DNA from: a virus
Lineage: Duplodnaviria; Caudoviricetes
Reading direction: 5' to 3' (one strand)
Length of the DNA stretch: 25,607 nucleotides
IMG/VR virus record: IMGVR_UViG_3300004112_000023
Span: 1-25,607 of that record
The notes under the pieces are model-generated. The model saw nothing but the letters and a program-made list of their open reading frames with translations, did no database searches and was not told the DNA's origin. Within the stretch, counting starts at the first letter, position 1, and each line of letters opens with the position of its first letter. Positions 1 through 7,852 of the stretch are shown here, in pieces. The position numbers and the translations under genes are program-made.

Positions 1-35
1 AAAGGGTACCGGGAGTTCGAATCTCTCTCTCTCCG
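1..35 (+). tRNA. 3' half of a tRNA, probably tRNA-Ser (cut by window edge)
   Basis: End of a long variable arm, T arm GGGAG-TTCGAAT-CTCTC, acceptor 3' strand TCTCTCC, discriminator G35; anticodon not visible. Confidence 0.8.
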
Positions 36-45
36 CAAAGATCTT

Positions 46-132
46 GGAAAGATGGCCGAGCGGCTTAAGGCAAGTGCTTGCTAAGCACTCGTAGGGGAAA
101 CCTTACCGCAGGTTCAAATCCTGCTCTTTCCG
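46..132 (+). tRNA. tRNA-Ser(GCT)
   Basis: Acceptor GGAAAGA/TCTTTCC; anticodon arm AGTGC-TT GCT AA-GCACT; long variable arm; T arm GCAGG-TTCAAAT-CCTGC; G discriminator; CCA not encoded. Confidence 0.96.
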
Positions 133-153
133 CAGCTGCAAAGAACTTCTGAT

Positions 154-182
154 TGAACAACAAGGAGATCTTAGAATAAGAT
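154..182 (+). promoter_or_regulatory. Putative class-1 promoter for the tRNA-Asn transcript
   Basis: TGAACA-N17-TAAGAT, a variant of the recurring TG[TC]AAA-N17-TAnnnT motif. Confidence 0.45.
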
Positions 183-196
183 AAGTACAGTTTCAT

Positions 197-269
197 TCCG
201 ACTTAGCTCAGTTGGTAGAGCGAGGCACTGTTAATGCCTTGGTCGTTGGTTCGAGTCCAGCAGTCGGAG
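197..269 (+). tRNA. tRNA-Asn(GTT)
   Basis: Acceptor TCCGACT/AGTCGGA; D arm GCTC..GAGC; anticodon arm AGGCA-CT GTT AA-TGCCT; T loop TTCGAGT. Confidence 0.97.
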
Positions 270-290
270 CTGATAAATATAGATATGTTT

Positions 291-362
<72 letters not shown>

Positions 363-366
363 CAAT

Positions 367-430
367 GCCTTCTTAGCTCAGCTGGCAGAGAGTGCACTGA
401 GAGGAGTCGGTTCGAATCCGATAGAAGGCT
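367..430 (+). ncRNA. tRNA-like RNA / pseudo-tRNA with collapsed anticodon arm (Thr-like body)
   Basis: Acceptor GCCTTCT/AGAAGGC; D arm TA-GCTC-AGCTGGCA-GAGA; T arm GTCGG-TTCGAAT-CCGAT; only 14 nt (GTGCACTGAGAGGA) between D and T arms instead of about 22. Confidence 0.8.
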
Positions 431-467
431 CCCGTTTACCGATCTTTCTGAAATGCTTAAAGGTCAT

Positions 468-680
468 ATGTTGCCAGGAATGATCATGTTTACGGCTTGC
501 AAAAGAATACCTGACGGTTGGCTAATGTGTCGAGGTCAGCACCTCAAGATCAAGGAGTACCCTGAACTCTACGCTGCTATTGGTTTCGAATATGGCGGCG
601 ATCTTTCAACGACTTTTGCCTTACCCAGGATACCTGTGGATGGTGTTGGATTACGACCTCTGATCTACACGGGGAAATAA
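468..680 (+). CDS. Stand-alone phage tail collar domain protein
   Basis: PGMIMF..IPDGWLMCRGQ.L...YPELYAAIG..YGGD..TTFALP matches the tail collar motif; start at ATG 468 or 453 because the longer ORF overlaps tRNA sequence. Confidence 0.85.
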   Translation: MLPGMIMFTACKRIPDGWLMCRGQHLKIKEYPELYAAIGFEYGGDLSTTFALPRIPVDGVGLRPLIYTGK

Positions 681-850
681 TGTATTATTTGCTTCTGTCA
701 ATAACCATTTTTACGTCGGGTTGCTATGGTGAATTCGACATGAGCGGTAAAGTTCCACGCAGAGATCCATGTACGAAACAGAATGAAGAGAAGTACGTGT
801 ACATTATGCCGGATTGCAGACTACAAACTATTCCGCAGGTGAGTCAATGA
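680..850 (+). CDS. Small putative lipoprotein, 56 aa (below the ORF-track cutoff)
   Basis: MYYLLLSITIFTSG-CYGEFDMSGK...; hydrophobic leader plus lipobox-like TSG-C; TAATG overlap upstream and ATGA overlap downstream. Confidence 0.6.
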   Translation: MYYLLLSITIFTSGCYGEFDMSGKVPRRDPCTKQNEEKYVYIMPDCRLQTIPQVSQ

Positions 851-1092
851 CTGAACTTCAATACGCAAACCTGATCGAAAACATAGCTGAAGAAATGTGG
901 TTTCTCATTCGATCTAAAGACAGTCTCGATTGGCCTTGGTGTGTGGCACATCTGCCAAAAACTGCCGCCGACCTTAGAGAAAGAGCAGAATCTGTCGTTG
1001 AAAAGTCCACACTCCTTACAGAGAAAGACAGACCCAAAGAGCCAGGCAGGCTGGACTTGCGAATTAAAGAGGCGCTCATTCGCAACGTCTAA
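847..1092 (+). CDS. Hypothetical protein
   Basis: MTELQYANL...; ATGA-coupled start, TAATG coupling to the next gene. Confidence 0.65.
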   Translation: MTELQYANLIENIAEEMWFLIRSKDSLDWPWCVAHLPKTAADLRERAESVVEKSTLLTEKDRPKEPGRLDLRIKEALIRNV

Positions 1093-1325
1093 TGCGACTG
1101 ATTTCTTATGCAGAGCTGCGAGAAGGAGACCTCGTAGCTGTTTCCTCGAAAAAAGACTCGACTGTAAGCTACTATTTTGTTCTATCGATCTCGAAAGACG
1201 CGAGGAGAGAAAGTTATTTGCTGTTCTTGATAACCACAAGTAGTAGCGTACAAGTCAAGAGAATGAGTCGTGGAAATCAGAATATTTTCACAACGAAAGG
1301 CGTCCTCTTGCGTGGATGTAATTGA
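1092..1325 (+). CDS. Small hypothetical protein (xxGDLV SH3/KOW-like start)
   Basis: LREGDLVAV followed by beta-rich sequence; coupled to the upstream ORF. Confidence 0.6.
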   Translation: MRLISYAELREGDLVAVSSKKDSTVSYYFVLSISKDARRESYLLFLITTSSSVQVKRMSRGNQNIFTTKGVLLRGCN

Positions 1326-1345
1326 CGTCTCTTTCGTGATATTGT
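1317..1345 (+). promoter_or_regulatory. Putative class-1 promoter
   Basis: TGTAAT-N17-TATTGT with TG extended -10. Confidence 0.55.
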
Positions 1346-1375
1346 GTGCATCAACGCGGACACGAGGAGCGGAAC

Positions 1376-1714
1376 ATGATTCGTGAATGCGTCAACTGCG
1401 GTGTGAAATACGAGACGATGTCCCCTGCGAAGATCCGAGCCGGGGGTCTCATTACTACATGTCCGGACTGTTCCGATGAACCGGCAGTGAAATACTTGGG
1501 ACTTGCAAATGGTGACGGTAAGCAAGCATCCGTCACTGTACTTGCATTTAGCACACAAGAAGACCGTGGCAAGTATGCAGACTTCTGGCGCAACAATTCT
1601 GGCATCCATCGAGGCAAAGCATGCCAGTTGGGTAGTCATTTGTCTACGGATCCTGGTGTCAGGTTCAAGACTGTGACTCAGACCAGTGCTGCCAACCACA
1701 AAGGCAGAGCGTAA
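1376..1714 (+). CDS. Zinc-ribbon protein
   Basis: CVNC...CPDC; RBS GAGGAG upstream of ATG 1376. Confidence 0.75.
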   Translation: MIRECVNCGVKYETMSPAKIRAGGLITTCPDCSDEPAVKYLGLANGDGKQASVTVLAFSTQEDRGKYADFWRNNSGIHRGKACQLGSHLSTDPGVRFKTVTQTSAANHKGRA

Positions 1715-1739
1715 TCGGGACTGAACCGATTATTTTCAG

Positions 1740-1774
1740 GAAAGAGCGAAGAGAATCTTCGCTCTTTCTGCTTT
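1740..1774 (+). terminator. Intrinsic terminator
   Basis: 13-bp stem GAAAGAGCGAAGA/TCTTCGCTCTTTC followed by T-rich tail. Confidence 0.75.
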
Positions 1775-1809
1775 AATACCCGTCTGATTTGTCGATATTT
1801 ACCGATGCA

Positions 1810-2313
1810 ATGGACCTGATCCTGTATCCGAACGAAATCTTGAACACTCAATGTATGTCGGTCGAGGTCTTTGACGATTCGATCAAGACTCTTGTCGATT
1901 CAATGGCCGTCACGATGTACGTCGAGCGTGGTGTAGGCATAGCAGCTCCTCAGGTGGGCATCGCAAGGAACATCTTACTGATAGATCCTAGCAGCGGTGA
2001 TAGGTCAGGAGACTTCAAAACACTCATCAATCCTAAGATTCTATGGGCGTCTAAAGAGACCGTTCGCCTTTCAGAAGGCTGTCTTTCTATTCCCGGAGTG
2101 ATCGCATCTTTACAACGTCCCGAATGGATAGAAGTGGAATATCAGGACGTCCTCGGAAACTTTCATGTTGACCGATGCGGAGGCTGGGTCTCGAGGATTA
2201 TTCAGCACGAGTTAGACCATCTACGCGGCGTGTTGATGTTGGATCGGATTGAGACCGCTTCGAGGAGCGTTCTGATGCGATGTTATCCGTCGAAGTTCAA
2301 GCGCAAGGGATGA
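1810..2313 (+). CDS. def: Peptide deformylase
   Basis: All three motifs present: GVGIAAPQVG, EGCLS, QHELDHL; ATATTTA motif at 1795-1801 just upstream. Confidence 0.96.
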   Translation: MDLILYPNEILNTQCMSVEVFDDSIKTLVDSMAVTMYVERGVGIAAPQVGIARNILLIDPSSGDRSGDFKTLINPKILWASKETVRLSEGCLSIPGVIASLQRPEWIEVEYQDVLGNFHVDRCGGWVSRIIQHELDHLRGVLMLDRIETASRSVLMRCYPSKFKRKG

Positions 2314-2316
2314 ACT

Positions 2317-2517
2317 ATGAAAGACAGTGTTGATTTTGGTGGAGCTCTGTCTAAATTAGGGAAGAAAAAGTACCTAAAGAAAAAGAAGCTGCTTTTGCGA
2401 ATCATGAGACTTGAAACGCTAGTAGGAACATTGCTTTCGAAGATAGAAAAGCTTGAACATGAAGGCGTGGGGTCTCGTTTTTCGATAAACGAAGAAAAAT
2501 GCAAGATTCACAAGTGA
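2317..2517 (+). CDS. Small Lys-rich hypothetical protein
   Basis: ORF starts 3 nt after the def stop; KKKYLKKKK followed by a coiled-coil-like segment. Confidence 0.55.
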   Translation: MKDSVDFGGALSKLGKKKYLKKKKLLLRIMRLETLVGTLLSKIEKLEHEGVGSRFSINEEKCKIHK

Positions 2518-2561
2518 TTTAACAAATCGACATTCGACATACTTAATGACTGAGGTCGATC

Positions 2562-3014
2562 ATGCCCAACATCAAGCTTGATAAGTCGTATGATTTGAGA
2601 GAAGCAATAGTCGACTTGATGGGCAACGTCAACGATATAAAGAACGACATCACCAGCGGTAATTTTTATGACAATCATGTGCTCGACAAGCTTGACTATG
2701 TGGCTTTAGTCCTTCACGACATGCTTGATCGCGTCTCTCCGACAGATCGCCCACCAGTTTTCTATCCCGAACAAGGGACCGTGTTCATTGATGACGTAAC
2801 GAAACCCAAGAGTCCCTGCGTGGTCGAGAGCAAAATGTTGCTCTCGACTCCCGGTGATGGGTGGGTTTGTTACTACGATCGCGACGAGGGAATGAGTGAC
2901 TTCCCGCGATGGCTTTCAGCAGTAGAATCGGGAAACATCAAGGTGGTCTGGTGTCCTTCGATGGGAGTCGTGCAGAATAACTCAGACTACCTTGCTTTTT
3001 GGGGGCTGAAGTAG
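2562..3014 (+). CDS. Hypothetical protein
   Basis: 150-aa ORF, GAGGT RBS, ATACTTA motif at 2539-2545. Confidence 0.7.
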   Translation: MPNIKLDKSYDLREAIVDLMGNVNDIKNDITSGNFYDNHVLDKLDYVALVLHDMLDRVSPTDRPPVFYPEQGTVFIDDVTKPKSPCVVESKMLLSTPGDGWVCYYDRDEGMSDFPRWLSAVESGNIKVVWCPSMGVVQNNSDYLAFWGLK

Positions 3015-3018
3015 AAAG

Positions 3019-3117
3019 ATGCAGGAGATCAAAGAGAGAATATACGACACAGTCACTAACTGGCTTCTTGAGTTGCCGCTCTTAGTTTTCCTGACTTTGT
3101 TGCTACTTGGCCCCTAA
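3019..3117 (+). CDS. Putative 32-aa membrane peptide
   Basis: MQEIKERIYDTVTNWLLELPLLVFLTLLLLGP*; starts 4 nt after the upstream stop. Confidence 0.4.
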   Translation: MQEIKERIYDTVTNWLLELPLLVFLTLLLLGP

Positions 3118-3203
3118 TTCTTGTCCACGTCTAGATTTAAGGTCGCCCAGAATATTCCAAATGCGATGAACAACACCGCTAAAATGGTGATCATGTGAGT
3201 CAT
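3114..3203 (-). CDS. Putative 29-aa membrane peptide
   Basis: MTHMITILAVLFIAFGIFWATLNLDVDKN*; starts 11 nt after the 3215 stop on the minus strand. Confidence 0.45.
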   Translation of the reverse strand: MTHMITILAVLFIAFGIFWATLNLDVDKN

Positions 3204-3214
3204 GGTAAAATGTC

Positions 3215-3595
3215 TTACTTGCTTTGTTTAGCAGAGTCCCACGATTTCTGATCTGGGTAGTTAGGATGACTCGGTTTTCTCGACTTCAATCCCTTCTTCT
3301 TGCGCTTGTTCACGTTGTACCAGAGGCCTTTCTTAGCCTTAGCCTCTACGACTGTCAACATCGTCGACGACGCTTGGTCCACTTGAGGCTCTAGATAGCC
3401 AAAGACGTCATTGAGGTCAGTGTATGCACGAGTCAACTTGCTCTGTACCCAAGCAGGCAATTCATCTCCACCCGCGATCATGTCGAGCAACATCGATGTG
3501 ATGTCATTTAAACGGTGGAGTTGCCTAACTGCCATCTCCCCTTCATGATCAGGTTTTCCTTCGTTCCAATCTTTGACTGAACTTTCTCTGTCCAT
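3215..3595 (-). CDS. Phage protein, possible internal head protein
   Basis: DHEGEMA..QL...LPAWVQSKLT..Y and KKGLW.N...RKK modules that I recall from large myophages (unverified). Confidence 0.65.
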   Translation of the reverse strand: MDRESSVKDWNEGKPDHEGEMAVRQLHRLNDITSMLLDMIAGGDELPAWVQSKLTRAYTDLNDVFGYLEPQVDQASSTMLTVVEAKAKKGLWYNVNKRKKKGLKSRKPSHPNYPDQKSWDSAKQSK

Positions 3596-3631
3596 GTTTC
3601 TATGTATCGCTTGTCTTTGATACTTAAAGAC

Positions 3632-3856
3632 ATGAAGATACGGTTGTCGGAATTACGAAGAATAATCCGCGAGACACTGAGCCAACAAGGCTGGCCTCCT
3701 GGCAGATGGTATCCTGGCACGGGAGAGCCTGTGAGTCGCGACGCGATCGGCTTGATGGGAACTGCGGGTCTAGGTCGCGACGAAGATCGCATGGTCGACG
3801 AAGACCCGAGCTTAGATGAGATCGACGAGGGTGACGATGAGAATACGAATCAGTGA
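3632..3856 (+). CDS. Acidic protein with MKIxxSELRxIIRE N-terminal motif
   Basis: MKIRLSELRRIIRETLSQ...; ATACTTA (3620-3626) 5 nt upstream of ATG. Confidence 0.75.
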   Translation: MKIRLSELRRIIRETLSQQGWPPGRWYPGTGEPVSRDAIGLMGTAGLGRDEDRMVDEDPSLDEIDEGDDENTNQ

Positions 3857-4106
3857 GCTTCGTAAGATCATCCGGCAGGTCTTGTCGGAAAGCCCGGGGA
3901 TCACGGCAGATCCTACCGACGTGAAAGGGTTTTATCCTTACGAGATCGAGAGGGGAACCGACATACACGGCTATTGGTATAAGTCGCCCGGCGACAAGGG
4001 AAGCAACAACCCAGGGCGTCCAGAAGATCCAGAAGAATACATCGGCTTCAAGACAAAGGGAGCGACACCAGCCGACGCTGCAGCAGAAGCTTCTCCGAAA
4101 GAATAG
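3837..4106 (+). CDS. Protein with MRIxxSELRxIIR N-terminal motif
   Basis: MRIRISELRKIIRQVLSE...; GAGGGTG RBS. Confidence 0.75.
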   Translation: MRIRISELRKIIRQVLSESPGITADPTDVKGFYPYEIERGTDIHGYWYKSPGDKGSNNPGRPEDPEEYIGFKTKGATPADAAAEASPKE

Positions 4107-4108
4107 AC

Positions 4109-4495
4109 TTAGACCTTTAATCTTTTCTTCTTAGCTTCTCCTAAGATGTTTTTGCGGTCTCCGCCCGTTGCAGCCGAGAATTTTTCTGCATCTTCGAGAA
4201 CGTTTGGATTGTAGCAAGCGAACGATCCACCGTGGCCCAGCGTCAAGTGACAGTTGTATTCGTCCATGCACAGCGTGATGAGATTCTCAGGCATCAATTC
4301 CAGGTCCGGACGCAGGTGGAATGGGATCATGTGATGCACCTGAAGCTGTTTGACACTTCCGCATGCCGCACAAACAGGATGCTTCGCGATGTGTTCGTCT
4401 CTCACGTCGTCCCAATGTCTTGACCTGAGGCGCGATTTAGATTTTTCACGCATCTTCGAATGAATTCGATCGATGCTACCGAGCAAGAAACCCAT
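4109..4495 (-). CDS. HNH endonuclease
   Basis: CAACG...LQVHH...ENLITLC...CHLTLGH. Confidence 0.9.
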   Translation of the reverse strand: MGFLLGSIDRIHSKMREKSKSRLRSRHWDDVRDEHIAKHPVCAACGSVKQLQVHHMIPFHLRPDLELMPENLITLCMDEYNCHLTLGHGGSFACYNPNVLEDAEKFSAATGGDRKNILGEAKKKRLKV

Positions 4496-4519
4496 AGGCG
4501 TAATTATTGAGTCACGGCG

Positions 4520-4547
4520 TGTACTGTTGCTTCAAGATATGTAAAAT
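4520..4547 (+). promoter_or_regulatory. Putative class-1 promoter, leaderless transcript
   Basis: TGTACT-N16-TAAAAT, 6 nt before ATG 4554; back-to-back with ATAATTA on the minus strand at 4501-4507. Confidence 0.55.
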
Positions 4548-4553
4548 GACTTC

Positions 4554-4736
4554 ATGTTGAAGAAGATCTTCAAGGTGAAACACGTCGCATGGGACCTACT
4601 ACGGTCTCCTCGAACTGTTGCATTCCTGAAGCTAGGCGCTGCAGTTGTCGGTGTCATTCATGCCATAGACGAGTTGACTGCTTCTCCGAAAACAGGAAAA
4701 AATCCTGTAGGATTTAGAATCGACGATGAAGAATGA
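4554..4736 (+). CDS. Small hypothetical protein with hydrophobic segment
   Basis: VAFLKLGAAVVGVIHAI; C-terminal NPVGFR. Confidence 0.6.
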   Translation: MLKKIFKVKHVAWDLLRSPRTVAFLKLGAAVVGVIHAIDELTASPKTGKNPVGFRIDDEE

Positions 4737-4742
4737 GGAAAA

Positions 4743-4985
4743 ATGCCTAGAGTAGCCAACTTAGATACCAAAGCTGAGACGCCTCTGCCGCAATTGCAGC
4801 AAGCACTTCAGAGCCTAAAGCCTGGTGAGAAGATTCAGTACGGTAATACACGAGCTGAGATTCTCAAGATCAGAGAGAACATCACGAAAAGGAGGCATGA
4901 AATCGTCGGCGCTGATTCACACCTCGAATTCATAGAAGCATTGTTGATTGCCGAGGCCTCGGGTCAGCTGGACTTCAAGAAGTAG
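4743..4985 (+). CDS. Small coiled-coil hypothetical protein
   Basis: GAGGA RBS; 80-aa ORF. Confidence 0.65.
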   Translation: MPRVANLDTKAETPLPQLQQALQSLKPGEKIQYGNTRAEILKIRENITKRRHEIVGADSHLEFIEALLIAEASGQLDFKK

Positions 4986-4995
4986 ACTCGACTCA

Positions 4996-5055
4996 GGAAG
5001 GCGACCGTCGTAGGCGACGGACGTTGGTGTTTGGGTTCAAATCCCATGCCTTCCG
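4996..5055 (+). ncRNA. 60-nt tRNA-like RNA lacking the anticodon and variable arms (Sec/allo-tRNA-like body)
   Basis: GGAAGGCG/TGCCTTCC acceptor with G discriminator; hairpin CCGTCG-TAGG-CGACGG; T arm TGGG-TTCAAAT-CCCA; 11-nt linker only. Confidence 0.75.
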
Positions 5056-5169
5056 CTGCAATACACAAAACGTGCGTGTCAGTGTGTTGCTATATTATGA
5101 TTGCTTTATGCGCAAGTGAAACATCTCGATGCACAGGGATCAGTAACTAATCTTTTTAGAAGGTGACGT

Positions 5170-5943
5170 ATGTTTCCGGAGAAGATCAAAGACAGAGAGC
5201 AGTACATCGAAGATCAAGTCCTAGCCGGGAATTTCGAGGCATCGTGGGTCGATCTGTGCTATGTTGTTGACAACAAGACTGTTCGACTACGAGTGATGCA
5301 CGATGCCTTGCGCGTCGATGGCGTCAGAGTTAATGTCACAGCAAACTTCCAGCAAAAACTCGCCGACTTATTCGATGCGTCTCTGCTCACACCGATGATT
5401 GCTGATTTGATTTTTGTCAATGCGATCAGAAAGGCCGAACCCAGGCCTCAACCTATTTCTTCTACTGTGAGTTCGATGTTGAAGCACAACGATGCCGTTC
5501 AAAAGCAAATAGGAACGGGAAAAAGTCTCGCATCGACTGTAGGAAAACATTGGGTTCTTGACAAACAGCTGGAGACGAAGAAAAACAGTGCCTGTAATTA
5601 CGGCTGGCACTTTTCTGGAACGACATTTCAGGGTATCAGAGGCTATCCTGCCTCGTCAAGCACAGTTCTATCTCTCAAAAATATCAGTGTAATTCAGCCA
5701 AATGCAACTGCTCATGACCCGCTGCATTCTGATTATTCGCAAATCTGTCAGTTGGTGGCCCAGCAGTGCTGGGTAGACGATCAAGAAATGCGTTTTTCAG
5801 CGCTTCTGAAGGACCTCACTTTGGGTCACTTGGTATCTCATCAAGGTCCGCTGAAGATAGACCGTCAACCCGGTACCGTGCCTACCGTAGGACAAATCGT
5901 AATTTTTCCTGTTGATATTTCTGGTTCTGATAACGACGCCTAG
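5170..5943 (+). CDS. Conserved hypothetical protein (GKHW...NYGWH...IQP....H...HSDYSQ family)
   Basis: GAAGGTG RBS; clustered His/Tyr/Asp motifs resembling an uncharacterised family I recall from myxobacteria (unverified). Confidence 0.75.
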   Translation: MFPEKIKDREQYIEDQVLAGNFEASWVDLCYVVDNKTVRLRVMHDALRVDGVRVNVTANFQQKLADLFDASLLTPMIADLIFVNAIRKAEPRPQPISSTVSSMLKHNDAVQKQIGTGKSLASTVGKHWVLDKQLETKKNSACNYGWHFSGTTFQGIRGYPASSSTVLSLKNISVIQPNATAHDPLHSDYSQICQLVAQQCWVDDQEMRFSALLKDLTLGHLVSHQGPLKIDRQPGTVPTVGQIVIFPVDISGSDNDA

Positions 5944-5951
5944 AGGATTCT

Positions 5952-6143
5952 ATGCCCACTTACGAATACAATTGTGAGACATGTCAAAAGGAATTTGAGA
6001 CTGAGCAATCCATAAAATCAGAGTCTATTGCCGATTGTCCTGTTTGTGGCACGACAAGCAAAAAGCGCCTAATTTCCATGGGAACTAATTTCCTCCTGAA
6101 GGGTGGAGGATGGGCTGCAGACAACTACTCGTCAAAGAAATAA
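5952..6143 (+). CDS. FmdB-family zinc-ribbon protein
   Basis: MPTYEYNCETC..EFE...CPVCG...LIS...F.LKGGGW..D.Y. Confidence 0.9.
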   Translation: MPTYEYNCETCQKEFETEQSIKSESIADCPVCGTTSKKRLISMGTNFLLKGGGWAADNYSSKK

Positions 6144-6144
6144 A

Positions 6145-7068
6145 TCATGAGTCTCCGTCATCGTCGGTCATGATGACGGTTTCTGGTTTTTCTTCCGTGA
6201 TCAAGTCGATCATCCTGTTCGACCTAGACGCAATATGTGGAGCCTGCCTCTCCGAGTGGTCTCTTTCAGCTGCAATTGACCCGAAGACGTTCTTCACAAC
6301 TCCGGTCTTTGGATTCATCGTGACGATATACCCGCCTTTTGACATGACGAAAGGCTTCTTGACCTTCTTGAGGTAGTCGAATTGAGCGTCGGCTGGTGCG
6401 TAAGGATCAAACCACGCAGGAAGCACAAAATTCGAGACCGACACTTTTCTGCCATCACTTACTTGTACGTCATACCAGTCGTTCTCGACCGGATCTGCTA
6501 TCTCGTACGCTATCATCCTACCGTCATTAGTCTTTGCCCATAGATTGACGTTGGCATTACAAAATGCCTCTATGACTTCGTGGGATAGTATTGCAGAGAC
6601 AGACTTAGGACCGGTCAACATTTGACCTTTAATTCCGAATACAGCCTTTACGAAGACTCTTCCCCACACTTTCCCGCCCGGCGATTTTGTGTGATACCCA
6701 AGCATTCCTGCCTGGTCTGGGTCATCCAAGATGACGATGGGAAAACCCACGCTCTCTGGTTCGTTGACAACTATCTTCCATGGGCCTTTCATCCAGAGGG
6801 GTGCAACGTGTTGTTCAAACTGAATCCTGACGGCTTCTACCATTGCATTGAAGTCAGTGTCGCTCAAAAGTGTCGAACGATCTATGATGTTGATCGTTGG
6901 CACGCTAATGTTCAATATCACAGCAGCATCCGTCGTAGATGACGTAGGAGCTACAGGCTGAACGGACTTCAGCTCCGAGGCCTGTGGGCCTGTAGATGAT
7001 CCCATTTTGACACCAGTAATTTTTTTGTCAATTACTGTATTGATCAATGCCTTGATTTTAGAAATCAT
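6145..7068 (-). CDS. Zincin-like / PHI-1(EXORDIUM)-like putative metallopeptidase
   Basis: LGYH, SHEVIE..C.A, YEIADPVE, VSNFVLPAWF; ATGA-coupled to the endolysin. Confidence 0.65.
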   Translation of the reverse strand: MISKIKALINTVIDKKITGVKMGSSTGPQASELKSVQPVAPTSSTTDAAVILNISVPTINIIDRSTLLSDTDFNAMVEAVRIQFEQHVAPLWMKGPWKIVVNEPESVGFPIVILDDPDQAGMLGYHTKSPGGKVWGRVFVKAVFGIKGQMLTGPKSVSAILSHEVIEAFCNANVNLWAKTNDGRMIAYEIADPVENDWYDVQVSDGRKVSVSNFVLPAWFDPYAPADAQFDYLKKVKKPFVMSKGGYIVTMNPKTGVVKNVFGSIAAERDHSERQAPHIASRSNRMIDLITEEKPETVIMTDDDGDS

Positions 7069-7763
7069 TTTTCGTTCCTCAGCTTCGTCATGAAGGAATT
7101 TGACACGCCTTTCTTAGGATCCAGCAAGGTTAAGTCATGTCTCTTCGCAAACTCAACGACTGCTGATTCCGTTCTAGGCCCCCAGATGCCGTCAACCCTA
7201 CCTTCGTAAAGTCCTAGGCGCTTGAGTTCTTTTTGTGCTTCTGTGAGTGTCGTAACGCTCCAAGCTAGAGGAAGATCATTAATTAAAAATTTCGATCTAG
7301 CACCGCCCGCGAAAACTTCACCCTCGTGGATTCGTCTGTTGAGCAAGCCCTTTACAGTTATTCTAGTGCCATTCACGGTGGCCTTGCTCCACTCTTTGAG
7401 TCTCTCTGGTACTTCAACGAATTTCCCGTCATTGATGGCTCTTGCCACTCCTGAATTTGTGTACACGCCTGTGCCGCAGTTGAAGCCAAACGACACGAGA
7501 GCGTCAAACTGATTTTGGCTGAGATTCGTTTTGATGTTTTTCTTGATTGCTTCCTCGCAGAGCTTCACGTCGCTAGCGAGTAGCTGCATCGCATGTTCTC
7601 TTGTGATTGCGACCCCATCAGGATAGTTTTCACCCGGTCTGATGACATGTCCAATCCCTATCGTTCTTTTGCCCGCGATGCAAAAGTAGGGTGTCAAGAT
7701 ACAACCTTCCCATTTGGCGATTAGCTCCAGGCCCTCTTCAGAAGTCTTAAGATGATCATTCAT
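7065..7763 (-). CDS. Endolysin: GH24 lysozyme plus C-terminal peptidoglycan-binding domain
   Basis: GLELIAKWEG....Y......TIGIGH, LSQNQFDALVSFGFNCG, GLLNRR..E; C-terminal QKELKRLGLY.GRVDGIWGPRTESAV.EF. Confidence 0.93.
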   Translation of the reverse strand: MNDHLKTSEEGLELIAKWEGCILTPYFCIAGKRTIGIGHVIRPGENYPDGVAITREHAMQLLASDVKLCEEAIKKNIKTNLSQNQFDALVSFGFNCGTGVYTNSGVARAINDGKFVEVPERLKEWSKATVNGTRITVKGLLNRRIHEGEVFAGGARSKFLINDLPLAWSVTTLTEAQKELKRLGLYEGRVDGIWGPRTESAVVEFAKRHDLTLLDPKKGVSNSFMTKLRNEK

Positions 7764-7784
7764 GAAAACTAATTATAGATTTCC

Positions 7785-7812
7785 TGTACAATATTCGATC
7801 AATGCTTATGAT
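7785..7812 (+). promoter_or_regulatory. Putative class-1 promoter
   Basis: TGTACA-N16-TATGAT; divergent from ATAATTA on the minus strand at 7770-7776. Confidence 0.5.
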
Positions 7813-7852
7813 GTGTAATGTTCTAGGTCTGCTTATTAGACTAGGCAGTGAG

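Noticed and set aside
4968-4985. CTGGACTTCAA resembling the tRNA-Sec anticodon arm just upstream of the mini-tRNA (permuted tRNA idea)
   Set aside because: It lies in coding sequence (LDFKK) and has no complementary TCCAG strand to close the stem
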